A DNA stretch of 64,000 bases from assembly GCA_965644295.1 (NCBI GenBank), contig CBFFRP010000371.1:1-64000 (forward strand). Direction: 5' to 3'. Within the stretch, counting starts at the first letter, position 1, and the number at the start of each line of letters is the position of its first letter. This stretch comes from Paraphysomonas bandaiensis (Eukaryota > Protista > Chrysophyceae). Made by a program: the position numbers and the translations under genes. Below, in pieces: positions 32,976 to 47,575 of the stretch. The notes under the pieces were generated by a model. That model did not search any database, was not told the origin of the DNA, and was given only the letters and a program-made list of their open reading frames with translations.

Positions 32976-33131
32976 ATCGTATCGGCATCGTTTGTTTATT
33001 TTTGTTGAAAGATGCCCCTATTATTGAGACAACAATTATCTGTATACCAGCCGTAGTTGTATATCAATATTATAGAGTATATATGTTTCAATATATTTCC
33101 GAAAAAATAAGATGCTGACTGCCGATACGAT
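32976..33131. mobile_element. MITE-like element, 156 bp, 12-bp TIR ATCGTATCGGCA
   Basis: Perfect inverted ends 32976-32987 / 33120-33131; diverged second copy, inverted, at ~56157-56297. Confidence 0.55.
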
Positions 33132-33470
33132 AGTTATCACCGCCTGTATCTCATATATAAGAAGGGGATTTTGGTCTGTACGATGTTAATATCTGAGGTA
33201 TTTATACAAAACCACGCTTTATATATCACACTGGGCGAAAAATACAACACTCTTCACCCAGCAGTTTACATACTACGAACCAATGCATAAACTCGAGATA
33301 CCTCTATAGCCAATCAACTCAGAATGATTGGATATGGTAGAGATATTGAGTAAAATTCTGGGAATGCAATGCTGGCATGATAACATGCTCAACAGACTGC
33401 TCTACTCAACCTCCAAAACATCACATATTCAACAACTTCCACTGTAATATCTACAACAACACATAAGCAA

Positions 33471-34168
<698 letters not shown>

Positions 34169-35781
34169 ATTGCGGCGCTTTGAATATTCAATTCAGTTTG
34201 TAGTTCAGTTCAAAGTACCATGTAAATTTTTCAGTAATTCGTATATAGCTAATGGTAATCAAAAATGAGGAATGCTTCTGAAATTAGATAATTCTTTTTG
34301 ATTGGGATATGATATAGCATTCTACTACTGAAATGAGACCAGAATTAAAATATACGTACCATATAAATAGAGATTTTTTATATCGACGATCTACACAGAG
34401 AAAACAGGGGAGTACAAGTATAACTTTTGTGGACTCTCTCTGTATTGACTTTAGAACATTTTTACTTATTTATATCGTAAAAGTAAAGGTATGTCGTTAG
34501 AATAGATAGATGATTATTAATGTATACGCAATTATGCGTTATCTACAGTTGTCGTTACATGACAGTATGTGCAGATTATGTAAAAAAAAAGAATATTTGA
34601 TTTATTGCCGTATACTTTGCGAATACCGTAGCTTAGTATTAGTACTTGCGAAGGGTTTCATTTCAAGACGTCTCTCTTTGGAAATAGCGAAATTGTGTAT
34701 TAGTATGTTATCATCTGGAAAATCGACTTCACACTCCAAGGAAATGTGCTAGAAATGACCGTGGTTATTAAAATTTAGAACTAATACATCCTGAGCATAC
34801 AGAAGTGTTCAATTCAGCGAACCAAGGGCAAAATACGGACCAGAATAAGCATAAAGTTTAATCAACCACCCATCGATAAATTTTGGGATCCATATGTTCA
34901 GAAGGAAGAAATAGATTTATCCATAGCATCAGCGGAGTTAGAGCAGAATCACATATCACCTTAGCAGCTACAGCCACAGCCCTGCATGGTTATGGAGAAT
35001 TATGAATGGGTGATGATTCATCAATGACGTCTAGGACATCAATGCCATTCCCTGTATACAGTCATAGTATGGGTATTGATTAAGTAAATCGTCGAGTTAT
35101 CTGGCTAAGATACTGATCACATGTCTATAGACAAACCCTAAACACTACATGCCGACCCCTCTGCAGACAAATACTGTACCGTAGTAACATATAAAATGCC
35201 CATATATAGCTTCAATGATTCACCTACACGATCTAAATGACCAAACAAGTCATTTCCCGCTAAAAACATATAGAAGATATAAGATACGATGAGGATGAGA
35301 ACTTGTAAACCATCCTAATCATATGAACACACTGAAATAAGAGTTATCTCTTCTTGTACACAAGTGTGATGTGACTGAACGCCTCTAAGTCAGAATCTAC
35401 GCTGGAAAGCGACGATATTCACCGCTCTCTGTGTATAGGTGGACATGACGATGTTAAGTGAGAGTTGAGAGGGTCTCTATAGGGACGCAGTTGATGGCTG
35501 CTCTTCTTGAGGGTGTATTCGCGATATATCGCGAGTGGACCGTATACCATCACCAGCAGCAGTACATTACATAAACTCTACTGCCTGCAGCAAAGGAAAA
35601 AAAATAGAAGAAGAAAAAAGAACAATATGCTTGGGTTGAATGGCTGAATGAATGGTTTGATAGGGCGCCATGTATGGTATATGTATATACTTGTATTAAC
35701 CAATTAAGTAGATAGTGTTGAACTTCATTACGAAGTGTACTTATAATCCTGTCCGGCCGTACACGTAATTAGTAAGTGAAT

Positions 35782-38700
35782 ATGCCGAAGAAAGCGAATC
35801 GTGATGCTGGTTTGTCTGTCCTGGCTGATCTTGGTATCATAGACGATACATCTGATCATGAGACTACTCATAGTAAACCTGTTGCTAAAGGAAAGAAAGG
35901 AAAGAAATCAAAAGGAGAGATTAAAACTATGAAATCAAGTGTTGTTGATGATAATGAATCAGATAATGAGAAAGAAATGAATGGAAAACAATCAGCATTC
36001 TCATTAGCAGATGAACATGACAGTGAATCAGAGGGTCAAATAAAAGGAAAGAAAGGAAAAAAAGGAAAATCAACAATAAAAAATAAAATAAATGTTGATA
36101 GTGATTCTGATGATGCTGGTAGAGGTGGAAAGAAAGGAAAGAAAGGAAAAAATAAGAAAGAAGCTATAGCTATACCAGTTATAGAGGGTGATAGTGATGA
36201 GGAGGTTATTGAAACTAGTCGAAATAGTAAAAAGAATAAGAAATCTAAAAATAAAGCAGTGAAACGAGCAGAGATTATTGATTGTCATGAAGATGATGAG
36301 GAGGAAGAAGGGAGTGATACTGAAGCTAATGGTCCTCAGGAGTCAAGTACCCCGATAGTGGAGGATGTTGTAGAGGAAATGGCGGCACTAAATGTAGATG
36401 AGGATAGTGATGAGGAAGAACAGACAAAGACAAAGAGCAAAGGAAAGCTATCAAAGGCAGAGCGCAAGAAACAAAAATCTGCTCAGAAGTCATCTACCAA
36501 GTCTGTTGTCACTGACAATATTCCTCCCAAGTCTGATGATACTCCAAAAGTTTCTAATGAACCAGCTGTTGCAGTAGAGGAAGTGCATGTGAACATCACC
36601 CCTGATGAAGAACCCGCTGCTCCACCTTCTGAAAATCCCCCTGCCGCTACGACAGCGTCAGCTCAACCTGAGGAGACGGACAGCGGGTCAAAGAAACCGA
36701 AGAAAAAAGAGAAGAAAAACAAATTACTGCGAAACCTTGATGCCCGTAAGAAAGAATTGGAAGAGGCAGAAAAGGCAGCCCGCGAAGCAGAAGAGGCCGC
36801 TGCTAAGGAGGCCGCTAAGAATGCACCTACTAAAACTAAGGAGAAAAAGAAGTCAAAGCCCGTCGTACCGGATGACGTTGATGAAGAGGCTGTAATGAGA
36901 AGTACCATGTTCGGAGACGAAGTGGCCAACGAGTATGGTCCTCCTCCAACCGCCACTGTTGAACCTGAACCTGTTGCGGTGAGCGGAAAGAAACTTAGCA
37001 ACAAAGAGAAAAAGAAACTGGAGCGTGAGCGTGAAGCTAAAGTGCGCGAGGCGGCCTATGACGTAGCACTCATGAAGGCCTCCCAGGAGGGTGCCCAATT
37101 TGCAGTGAGTCAGTCTGCTGTAGATGAAAATGACCCTCAATGGCAGAATGCTCTTGACATTAGTGTTCCAAGTCTGTCAATTTCAGCTCATAACAAGGAA
37201 CTTTTCGTCGATGCAGAGTTAAATATTGCACATGGGAGACGATACGGCTTGGTCGGCCCTAATGGCGCAGGTGAGTAAGTATATATTTGGAGCGTAGTAT
37301 GTGAAACGAATGTTCGTTGTACATTTCGTATGATCTACATTGTTCATACCTCACCACGTACATGGTCTTAGGAAAGTCAACTCTTCTAAAGATGATTGCT
37401 TCTGGGGAACTGAAACTGCCGCCACGTATCGATTACCTGTATGTTGAGCAGGAAGTCTTAGCAGATGATACACCAGCGGTTGATGCCGTGCTCAAGGCAG
37501 ATAAGTAAGTGCCTCAAGATGTTTTTTGTATTGAAATTGTTGCACCCTGTTAATTCATTGAACTGAATTGATGTTATGCTATTCGTGTTTTAGGGAACGC
37601 TGGGTCCTTCTGCAGGAGGAGAAAAGTATCATGAAACAGATCGAGGAAAGTGGGTCTGCTGTGGATGAGGCACTGGACGCTAGACTAGGTGAGGTGCATC
37701 AGCAGCTTGCCGTTATTGGTGCTTCGTCAGCAGAGGCGAAGGCACGGAGAATACTCTTTGGTCTTGGATTTACAGCCGAAATGCAAGTTCGCGCCACCAA
37801 ATTTTTTTCAGGTACACAATCTTTTAACTTACATCCTCAATTGTTCCAGATATGCGTTATATACCACATATATAACGTTCTATATTCTTGACACACAGGT
37901 GGATGGAGAATGAGAATTTCTTTGGCACGGGCTCTATTTATTGAGCCAACTCTTCTTATGCTGGTATATTTATTTCGCTTTTGTTTTTGTATTTTTATGC
38001 AGTCTTCTCTCAGGATGAGCCTACTAACCATTTGGATCTTAATGCCGTTATTTGGCTCGACGACTACTTACAGAGATGGAAAAAAACCCTTCTCATTGTA
38101 TCTCACGATCAGGATTTCCTAAATAGCGTTTGTCAGGAGATTATTCATCTGGAGGATAAGAAGCTTGTCACATACAGGTATCGCGTTGTCTTGTCCTAAT
38201 ATTTTTTATGAACCACTTGTAGAGGAAACTACGATAACTTCAAAGAACAAGAGGCCACGAAGCGAAAACAACTCCAGAAGGCCTGGGAAAAGCAAGAGAA
38301 GAGACTGCGTGAGATGAAGAGTAAGGGACAGACCAAGCAGAATGCGGAGAAAAACCTCCTCAAAGCTAAATCTCGTGAACCTGGTGCTCGATCTAAGAAG
38401 CAAGCCGCCGCAGAGGTTGCTTCGGGCACAGGAAGTGCCGAGACAAAAGTGGAACTTATCAAACGACCTAGAGAATACACTGTAAAATTCACCTTTCCCG
38501 AAGTTAGTATTATCAGTCCACCTATTTTGGAGGTGAGGGATGTGAACTTTAGATATGGCCCCAACCTTCCCTGGCTTTTCCGTGGTCTCAATTTTGGTCT
38601 GGATATGCACTCGCGTGTGTGTATCGTGGGTCCTAACGGCAGTGGAAAATCCACTCTCATAAAATTGATTACCGAAGATGTGAGGCCTCCCGAGGGTGAA

Positions 38701-39303
38701 GTACTTAAGAATCCTCGACTCCGTATAGGTGTATACAACCAGCATTTTGTGGACCGTCTTCCCATGGATGAGGATCCGGTGACATATATCCGCCGTATGT
38801 TCAACGAGGAGACGTATCAGTCTGCCCGCAACATCCTTGGCAGATATGGACTGGAGGGCCATGCACATACGATTCCCATTCGCGACCTCTCGGGTGGGCA
38901 GAAAGCAAGGGTTGTATTTGTTGAGCTTAGTTTAATGGCACCACACCTGCTCTTTTTAGGTGTGTATTGTGTAAAATGTTATTATGTTATTCCTATTCGT
39001 GCGGAGTACATGAGAAGTGTATGAATCTAATATACGTATTCTTTAGATGAGCCCACGAACAATCTTGATATTGAGTCCATCGATGCACTGTGTGATGCGC
39101 TGAGGGCTTACAACGGAGGTGTAGTGTTGGTCAGTCATGATGCCAGGCTTATCGAGACGACGGAGTGCCAGTTGTGGGTTGTGGATGATCAGAATGTGGA
39201 GCCATGGGAGTCTGGCTTCGAGGGATACAGAGAATACTTGCTCAAGCAGTTGGAGGAACAGTTGGCGACTATTGTTCCTGGTAGTGGTGAGAGACCGAAG
39301 TAG
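35782..39303 (+). CDS. ABCF1: ABCF1 (ABC50)-like ABC-F translation factor, multi-exon
   Basis: Long K/E/D-rich N-terminus; [55 protein letters not shown]. Confidence 0.93.
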
Positions 39304-40292
39304 TTTATAGTCAAGGTGACATAACATTTCTGAGTGCTTACATGGGAGTTTGTTTCCGGTGTATTGGTGGCGTTAATAAAGATTACATGACTATTGCCAG
39401 ACTGCGTACGGATACTGAATAATGTCTGAAAATTGGCGAACGACAGTACTAGAAACGTCAGATAATGCTCAATCGGTAATATAATTAATATTGGATTCTT
39501 GAAGGTTACAAATACTCAATAACTGTTTTTAATCGGATATTCTAGCGCAAGTACATTTTATTCAGCCACTGAGCCTTGTAAACTTAGTTGCACCAGTGAG
39601 TCTCAGCTATTTCAAAAGAGAGAATACTTGGAATTATCTATTGTTGAGATTGAAATTAACTAACTTCTTTACTACTTTACAAAGCAAGCTAATCCTACAC
39701 TACAGACTTCGCATACGTATACTCCTATTACGATTACTTATATTTACATGATCTGCAGATTGTTGGCATACATATGTTGTTCTAAACTTGAACTGTAAAA
39801 TACGTTAAATGCAATGTGAAAAACTGTAATACCTAGTCAAAATTGTTATATAGCTCTTACTGTGAAACAGAAGAAATGAATATAAATATATGGTGTTGAT
39901 GTGCTTTACATTTTACATGACGAAAACGCATAATTGCGTATGCAATATTAGTCTTCTAGTCAAAGTCTAACGACATAACTTTACTTTTACGATCTAAACA
40001 GGAAAAAGTGTTACGATACTGTCATGTAGTCACAAATGTTATACTTGTACTCCTCTGTTTTCTCTGTGTAGATCGTCGATATAAAAAATCTCTATTGATA
40101 TGGTACGTATATTTTAATTCTGGTCCCATTCCAGTAGTAGAATGCTATATCATATCCCAATCAAAAAGAATTATCTAATTTCAGAAGCATTCCTCATTTT
40201 TGATTACCATTAGCTATATACGAATTACTGAAAATATACATGATACTTTGAACTGAACTACAAACTGAATTGAATATTCAAAGCGCCGCAAT

Positions 40293-40990
<698 letters not shown>

Positions 40991-41340
40991 TTGCTTATGT
41001 GTTGTTGTAGATATTACAGTGGAAGTTGTTGAATATGTGATGTTTTGGAGGTTGAGTAGAGCAGTCTGTTGAGCATGTTATCATGCCAGCATTGCATTCC
41101 CAGAATTTTACTCAATATCTCTATGATTTCCAATCATTCTGAGTTGATTGGATACAGAGCTATCTCGAGTTTATGCAGTGTATACGGTATGTATACTTCA
41201 TATCACTGCAGTGCGCATAATATACAGAGAAGAGTACATTGTAGTACAGTAGAGGAATACAGTCGAGTCAGTGAGATAAGAAGGTGCGTATTCGTAGTTT
41301 GGGTTCTGATATGATCCAACACTCAACTTAAGCAGCAGCC

Positions 41341-41434
41341 CCCCTATAGACACCCTAAAGACACCCTGTAGACAACCTATAAGCACCCTATAAACACCCT
41401 ATAGACACCCTGTAGATACCTTATAGATACCCTC
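41341..41434. repeat. 11-bp minisatellite (ATAGACACCCT), ~8.5 copies
   Basis: Direct reading of the sequence. Confidence 0.9.
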
Positions 41435-41518
41435 TCAAGGCAACTAACATCTCATCCTATCCATACTATTGACACTCATTTACGAGAAGAGTTAAACTAC
41501 TATACTTGTATTATATAT

Positions 41519-42922
41519 ATGGCGAGCTGGTTTAATACAGTCACATCTCTAGCAGATGTAAGTGCTATATAGACATATACATACATACACAGGGATGAAC
41601 TCATTGTATACAGGATCTTGTTACAGGATTTCTTGATGAAAATAATAATACAAGTTCAACATCTACACCATCACATGAATATGATGAGTATACACAAACA
41701 TGGCTTGATGCTGAAGGAGAACAATCAACAGACAATCCTCTTATTGAGGGCTCGTTGTCTACAGGAGATTTAAGATTCACTCATATGATGGATTGTGGAA
41801 ATTTTAGTGATGCCGGTATGTAACTAATCTAGTTGTGTGTAACATATGTTTTAATGATGTATGGTAGCTATGAGTCATGAGTTGAAAGTTAGAGGAAAGA
41901 CCTACATGGACGACCGCGTTAAAGTACAGTCACCTGGTGCCGTTAGTACTCTGGTCGGGTTTGAGATATTTGAGGTCGATATAGAGGATGGAGCCCACAC
42001 TTCTGGATCAGGAAATAGCAGTCGGTATGACCACATTGCATCTAAAGGATTAATGAAGCAAAGAATTGAAGCAGTGAAGAGGTGAAGTCCTTTCTGCGAG
42101 AAATAGTTTTATATATCACATATATTAACAGGTTACAGGATCCACCTTTTTTATTTATTCTCAACTTTCAAATACCCGGAGACCCACCGGTAGGTCCTTC
42201 GTCGTGAGCTATTCTTTAGTGAATGATTTGTTGTATTAGGTCAGTTTAGTAGCGACGTTCGCCCTTCCACGGAACATGACTGAGCCATTGCAAGACGACA
42301 CAGATGATATGCGAGCTTTCAAACATCTATGGTCACAGTATATTGACTTGCCTCGTACCGAAGATGAGCGCCTAAGTAAATGGGAGGATGCAACATGTGA
42401 TTCCCAAAAAGTAGAGGCAAAGTCCCCACCAACAGGAATGCTTCAGGCATGGGGGGGACCAGCTGATATATCTTGGCCAGATCCCTCTGAACCAGGATCG
42501 CTACCATACGATGACTTCAGACACTCCAGGTGTGTATCATTCTTTGCGACTGTACTTCATGAAAGTAGCTGTTGTTCACCACAAATAACACGACAAATAG
42601 GTTCAAGCTCATTCCAGCAATGAAGAATGCTCCATGGGTTGTCCTGGCTGCCGTGAGAAATGTCCCAGTGATTCTTGGACATAAGTTGGTGCAACGTTAT
42701 TTTCGAGGCGACAATTACATCGAGACTGATGTAGATGTTGCTTCTAGCGTAATAGCGCTAAATATAGTTGCCCTGTGCAGGAATTACGCTAAACATATTG
42801 ATGTTGAGTGCGCAGTTGTTCTTCAAGGCGAGTCAGAACATGAGCTTCCTGAGAAAATTCTAGCCGCAATATCTCTTCCATTTATAGACATTGAGAAGAG
42901 GAGGGCTCTATTTAGTGAATGA
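41519..42922 (+). CDS. EDR2 C-terminal (DUF1336) domain protein, multi-exon
   Basis: LKVRGKTYMDDRVK, FILNFQIPG, RFKLIP....PWVV, PVILG, NYIETDVDVASS, LQGESEHELPEKIL. Confidence 0.88.
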
Positions 42923-43544
42923 GAATGAATTGATTTTTCTAAGCACTTGTATCGATTGAAAGGTGTATACAGTCGCCCTGGTATTGTAAAATTGTTAATA
43001 GATAAGTGGTGTTTCAATTCGGTAAGTATTCGTTCTTAGTGAGGGCACTAGATAACATGCTAACGCACCCGCTGTGAGACCATAAGTTGAAACAATGATG
43101 AGCGTGGGGGATAATATCTATTTAGTCATGTATGACCATTTTAATTGGCGATACATATTTATTAATGGCCATTATAATTGGAGAGAACTGGGCACCCATT
43201 AATGGGCCGTCAACGGTTACCAGGTCCTGATATCTGATGCGCATGGGTAAAGCTAATCTAAAGCCAACATTTAAAGTGTATAGTAATGTTATGGAATAAT
43301 TTTCTTCAAGCTATTACACAAGCAAACTTAAATGTTAGACTAACAAGCTATATGATTGTTATTAGAATAATTTATTGTGTTTTACACCACTTAAGATATA
43401 GAATATATTGAAATAAAGGTTTCAATCATTCGTACCGAGATATGAACATCGGAGCAGTGAATACTTTAAAGTCACATCATAATGAAGCATATGATGACAC
43501 TAATATACGTGGGTTATACGTCACTTTCTCAAAGAGGAGTAATG

Positions 43545-44569
43545 TTATCGTGGTACAGGTGAAGTAAATCCTACATCGGAATTACTTGAATGAGATTCAC
43601 ACCTATTGTAACCTCCTATTGAAGTAATCTCTGTACTTGTCGGCAACGAAACAACCTTACTACTAACAGAGCACATATAATACCCCACACCAACTATTAA
43701 AAATGCACCGACAATGACTCCAACCACCAGCCCAATAAGGGTTGCCTTTTTACTCCCACTCCCTCTATGATTAGTGGAGTCGTAGTTGTAAATCTCTTCT
43801 GCATATCCCGCACAATTAACATACATACTAAGGGCTGCTGATGAATGCAAATCGACAGTAACGCATTGTGTAGAACTTGTTCCCGTTGCTGTATACAGAG
43901 CGGACCCAAAACAATGACCATTTCCATGTACATACACACTCCAGTTTCCATCAGTTGTGCTTTCTGAACATATAATATGGACACTTATAACCAAGCCTTC
44001 ATATATAACTTCTTCACATATGCCGTTAGTCACAACACCTGAACAGCAGACAGATATATATTACATACATAATGCATATTTTCAAAATATCCTCTACCTC
44101 CGCCGTAGTAGCCCTCTTCATTGCAAGCAGTTGCTTCATAGACTGCAGAATATACAGGAAATTCCTCATAGGGGTCTTCCTCTGGGTCATCATTCCCCTC
44201 ATCAGTAGCAGAACAGTTAGTAGAGTCAGTAGCATCACAATTAACTGATAAACTCAGTACATCATCAATAAACTTGCTGCTATCACACTCACAATCTCCA
44301 CCCCCCTCTAACTGAAATATAGAAAATCCTGAACAATCCTGTGAATAGAATACTGTACTAATCCATGGAGATGATGATAGATTATTATAACAATCAATAG
44401 ATGCGCTTATAATGACTTCATTGTCTATAAGTGTGAAGCATTGTCCTGTAGAGGTATTACCAGTCTGTATAACACTATTATTACAGCTATAGCCTCCATA
44501 GAATGAATATTCTACAGTTCCACTCACACTAATAACAGATATTGATATCAGTAATAATGGAAGTAGCAT
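43545..44569 (-). CDS. Type I membrane protein with two repeated Cys-rich extracellular modules; exons 44569-44098, 44038-43545
   Basis: Signal peptide MLLPLLLISISVISVSG; two modules ending LSVNC / MYVNC; TM LIGLVVGVIVGAFLIVGVGYY. Confidence 0.8.
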
Positions 44570-45026
44570 TGTTGAATAGAACTGACTGTTCTTAATGTAT
44601 ATCTCTCTATATCTCTCTATATATGTGTATGTATGGGAGCAGGGTAGTGTGTACAAGTGCTGTAGCACCTACGTCTATGTATATGGAGGCATGCTGTCCG
44701 TATATGTACAAAGGTATACGTATGATATACGTACGAAGAACGGCTTTCTGATGTGTTGGCAGGACTACAGTGTATTATTGTGACTGATAATGGTACGTTG
44801 TGGACAGAAGTGGTATGGTATGATCCAGATATAGATACCCACCGTACTGGAGGTAGGCGATACTGTAGTGTACAAATACACAGCTAGGATGGATGTACAT
44901 ACTGCTGTACTGGTGTGTACCTCCCTGCTGGTGTATGTGGATATGATCCATCACATCATGTACATGTATATACACACACACATATACATATATATATATA
45001 TTAAGTTACATGAACATAGAGATATA

Positions 45027-47575
45027 ATGGCCGAGACATTGTTTGGTTTGATCGGATCTCTGGATGCGGATATAACATGTGCCATACTGATATCTCTCAT
45101 CGTGTTTTTGTTTCTATTTGAAACAGGTAACATACACACATACACACACATATACATATAGATACACATATAGATATATAGATAGATGTACATACACATA
45201 CAGAGATATACACTTCTATACGTATACATTCATATACATACATAGATATACATACATACCACATACATACATATAGATACGTATAGATACAGATATACAT
45301 GTAGATATATAGATAGATGTAGATCAGACCTGTCCACACACCCTCTCATATATATCATTATACAGGACTTGAAATTCTTGATGAATTTGCAACTGATGCT
45401 GGTTATGAGGATCTCTTACGACGACTCTATAAGGAGATGATGATGATGGGCTTTGTCAGCTTTGGTCTATTTATAGCTTTCAATGCATTCACAGTTGAGC
45501 ACGATGAGAAATATTTTGCTTTTGAATTTGCACATATTACAACCTTTTTCATCGCTATATTTTTTGTTCTTCGGGCTGTTCTTCTTGTGCACTATTCAAA
45601 GCTTGCCAAACAGTTATTTTGGCGAGCTCATAACGAGACCGTGTTATCTGTTTACGAGGAGTATACAAGAATTCGGAGATTTCCATGGAGTTGGGAGGCG
45701 ATTAAATTCAAGTATCTGGGTGTATTCTCACGACTTCGTCAGAATATTGAATACTTGGTTTTGGAGGATTATTTCTATAAGACATATAAACTACGTCTCG
45801 AGGAGTTTCGTTTTGTCGACTACTTATCGAAAAGGTATGTTGACAGTCAATTGAAGTGTATTGTTGTCATGGATGATGTGTAGCTACAAGTTTTACACTA
45901 TCGATCTGACAGAGATTGTGCCGCTGACATGGTTGGCGCTGATTGCTCTTGTGCTGATTAACTTTGCACGCGTTAAACTGGTTGGTGATTGGCATATCAA
46001 TGATATCTGCTCATCTCAATACAACCACAATGATGATCATCATGATGATGACCACAGACGGTTAGCTTCAGAAGGAGATGACAATGATTCGGGATTCGCA
46101 GTTAATCACACCTGTGTTGAGTATATTATGGGTTACGTTCTGGTATGCGGGTTTGCATTGGTACTGTTTTCTCTGATTCTTGCTCTGGTAAGCACGATGT
46201 ATAAGAATCGCTTACTGGCCAAGGCTGGTTTATCATCAGATGTAAATATTGTACCAAAATTGTGGGATCTATGTCAGAACGAGAGCGATAGCACAGTACA
46301 GTCATTCGAAGATATTAGCAAGGTGAACAGTAAATTAGACGTGGAAGAAGGAGCGGCAAGATGTCTGCCATGTTCTAGTAAGAAAACTTCTCACTCCCCT
46401 GTCAGAGTAGCCCGGATATGTCGACATCACGATGACAATCTTCGCAGCGTCCCTGATGACCAGCGGGCAAGTCAACTATATCTGGGTGATGGAGATGAGG
46501 AAACCTACTTCGTGTGCACTTTGAGAGTTGCACTGGAGTCCATGAAAGAGAAGAAAGAGAGACATCATCATCACGTTGTCAAAAAAGTGCTGCATATGAT
46601 CACTAGTGCAGCCCTTATTGTTCTGTGGCCCTGTGGTGGTGTGCGCGACAGGGGGCTTACGGAGCCCCAGGTTAACGAAAAACTTCGAGAACTCAAGAAG
46701 AATATACAGGAAACTCGACGGGCAAGGAGGCGAGGACATTGCGTGCATGAACCCACTTTAGACTGTGTCTCCGATGCGAGTACAATTTGCGAGGACGACA
46801 GAGATGACAGCAAACATCCCTTGTTGCGTGAAATTAATAGCGTTTTTGTGAATCAAGATAGATTTGGATACAAGTTTGTTATTCAACTATCTCTCATGTT
46901 GGATTCTTTCTTTCTTGCTCTGTGGGCGACTAATTTTATCACCTTAGCAAATCACAGCAACAATCGAGTACTTTACAACGTCCTCCTTATTATTCCCATT
47001 ATTTTACTGGCGGTACTTAACAGCTATAACATGATCGTTTCATCGATCATATTTTCAATTACGTCTCTGCGTAACAAGGGTGCTGAGTACATTTGTGAGC
47101 AAGATGACATCAAGAGAAAAATACTCCCAGTGGTTCGGAAAGAGATAATGAAACTACTTCCTGATGGCGATGATACCACTGTAGAAGAGCTATACAACAT
47201 TATTGACAGTAATAGCGGTGGGAAAAATACGGGTATAGATAAGATGGAATTTGCGAGCTTTCTGCACACGCTGGATCTTCACCCAACAGAGAAGGAAATC
47301 AGAGCTTTATTTCGCGCTATGGACAGTGATGGAAGGTGAATACACTGTATATTTATGTTGACTATGATTTTCTTGTAATGGTGGTATGCAGTGGCACGAT
47401 TGAATTGAATGAATTAAAAGACTTGCTCTACGATCCCGGCAAATCTCTCCCTCCCAATGAGATAGAACAGAAGTCTATACATACTGATTCGAAGCCGTAT
47501 GATGATACTACGAATGTAGAGAGCACTCAATCTGTCGAACTTACTGTTCAAAGCAATGGCACGAATCACTTGTGA
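45027..47575 (+). CDS. MLO-like multi-TM protein fused to C-terminal EF-hands, multi-exon
   Basis: LYKEMMMMGFVSF, FEFAHITTFFIAIFFV, FRFVDYL (MLO motifs); DSDGSGTIELNE (spliced) and DSNSGG..GIDKMEF (EF-hands). Confidence 0.8.
45130..45322. repeat. Compound (AT/AC/ATAC/ATAG)n microsatellite in intron 1 of the MLO-like gene
   Basis: Direct reading; enlarges the intron to ~240 nt. Confidence 0.9.

Noticed and set aside
43090-43240. Possible C/D snoRNA (ATGATGA...CTGA)
   Set aside because: No terminal stem or recognisable rRNA guide; such boxes occur by chance in AT-rich DNA.
44595-45339. Several Y/I/C/M-rich ORFs (also near 7500-7900, 12800-13400, 20900-21250, 24050-24320)
   Set aside because: They are translations of AT/AC microsatellite-like promoter or intron DNA.
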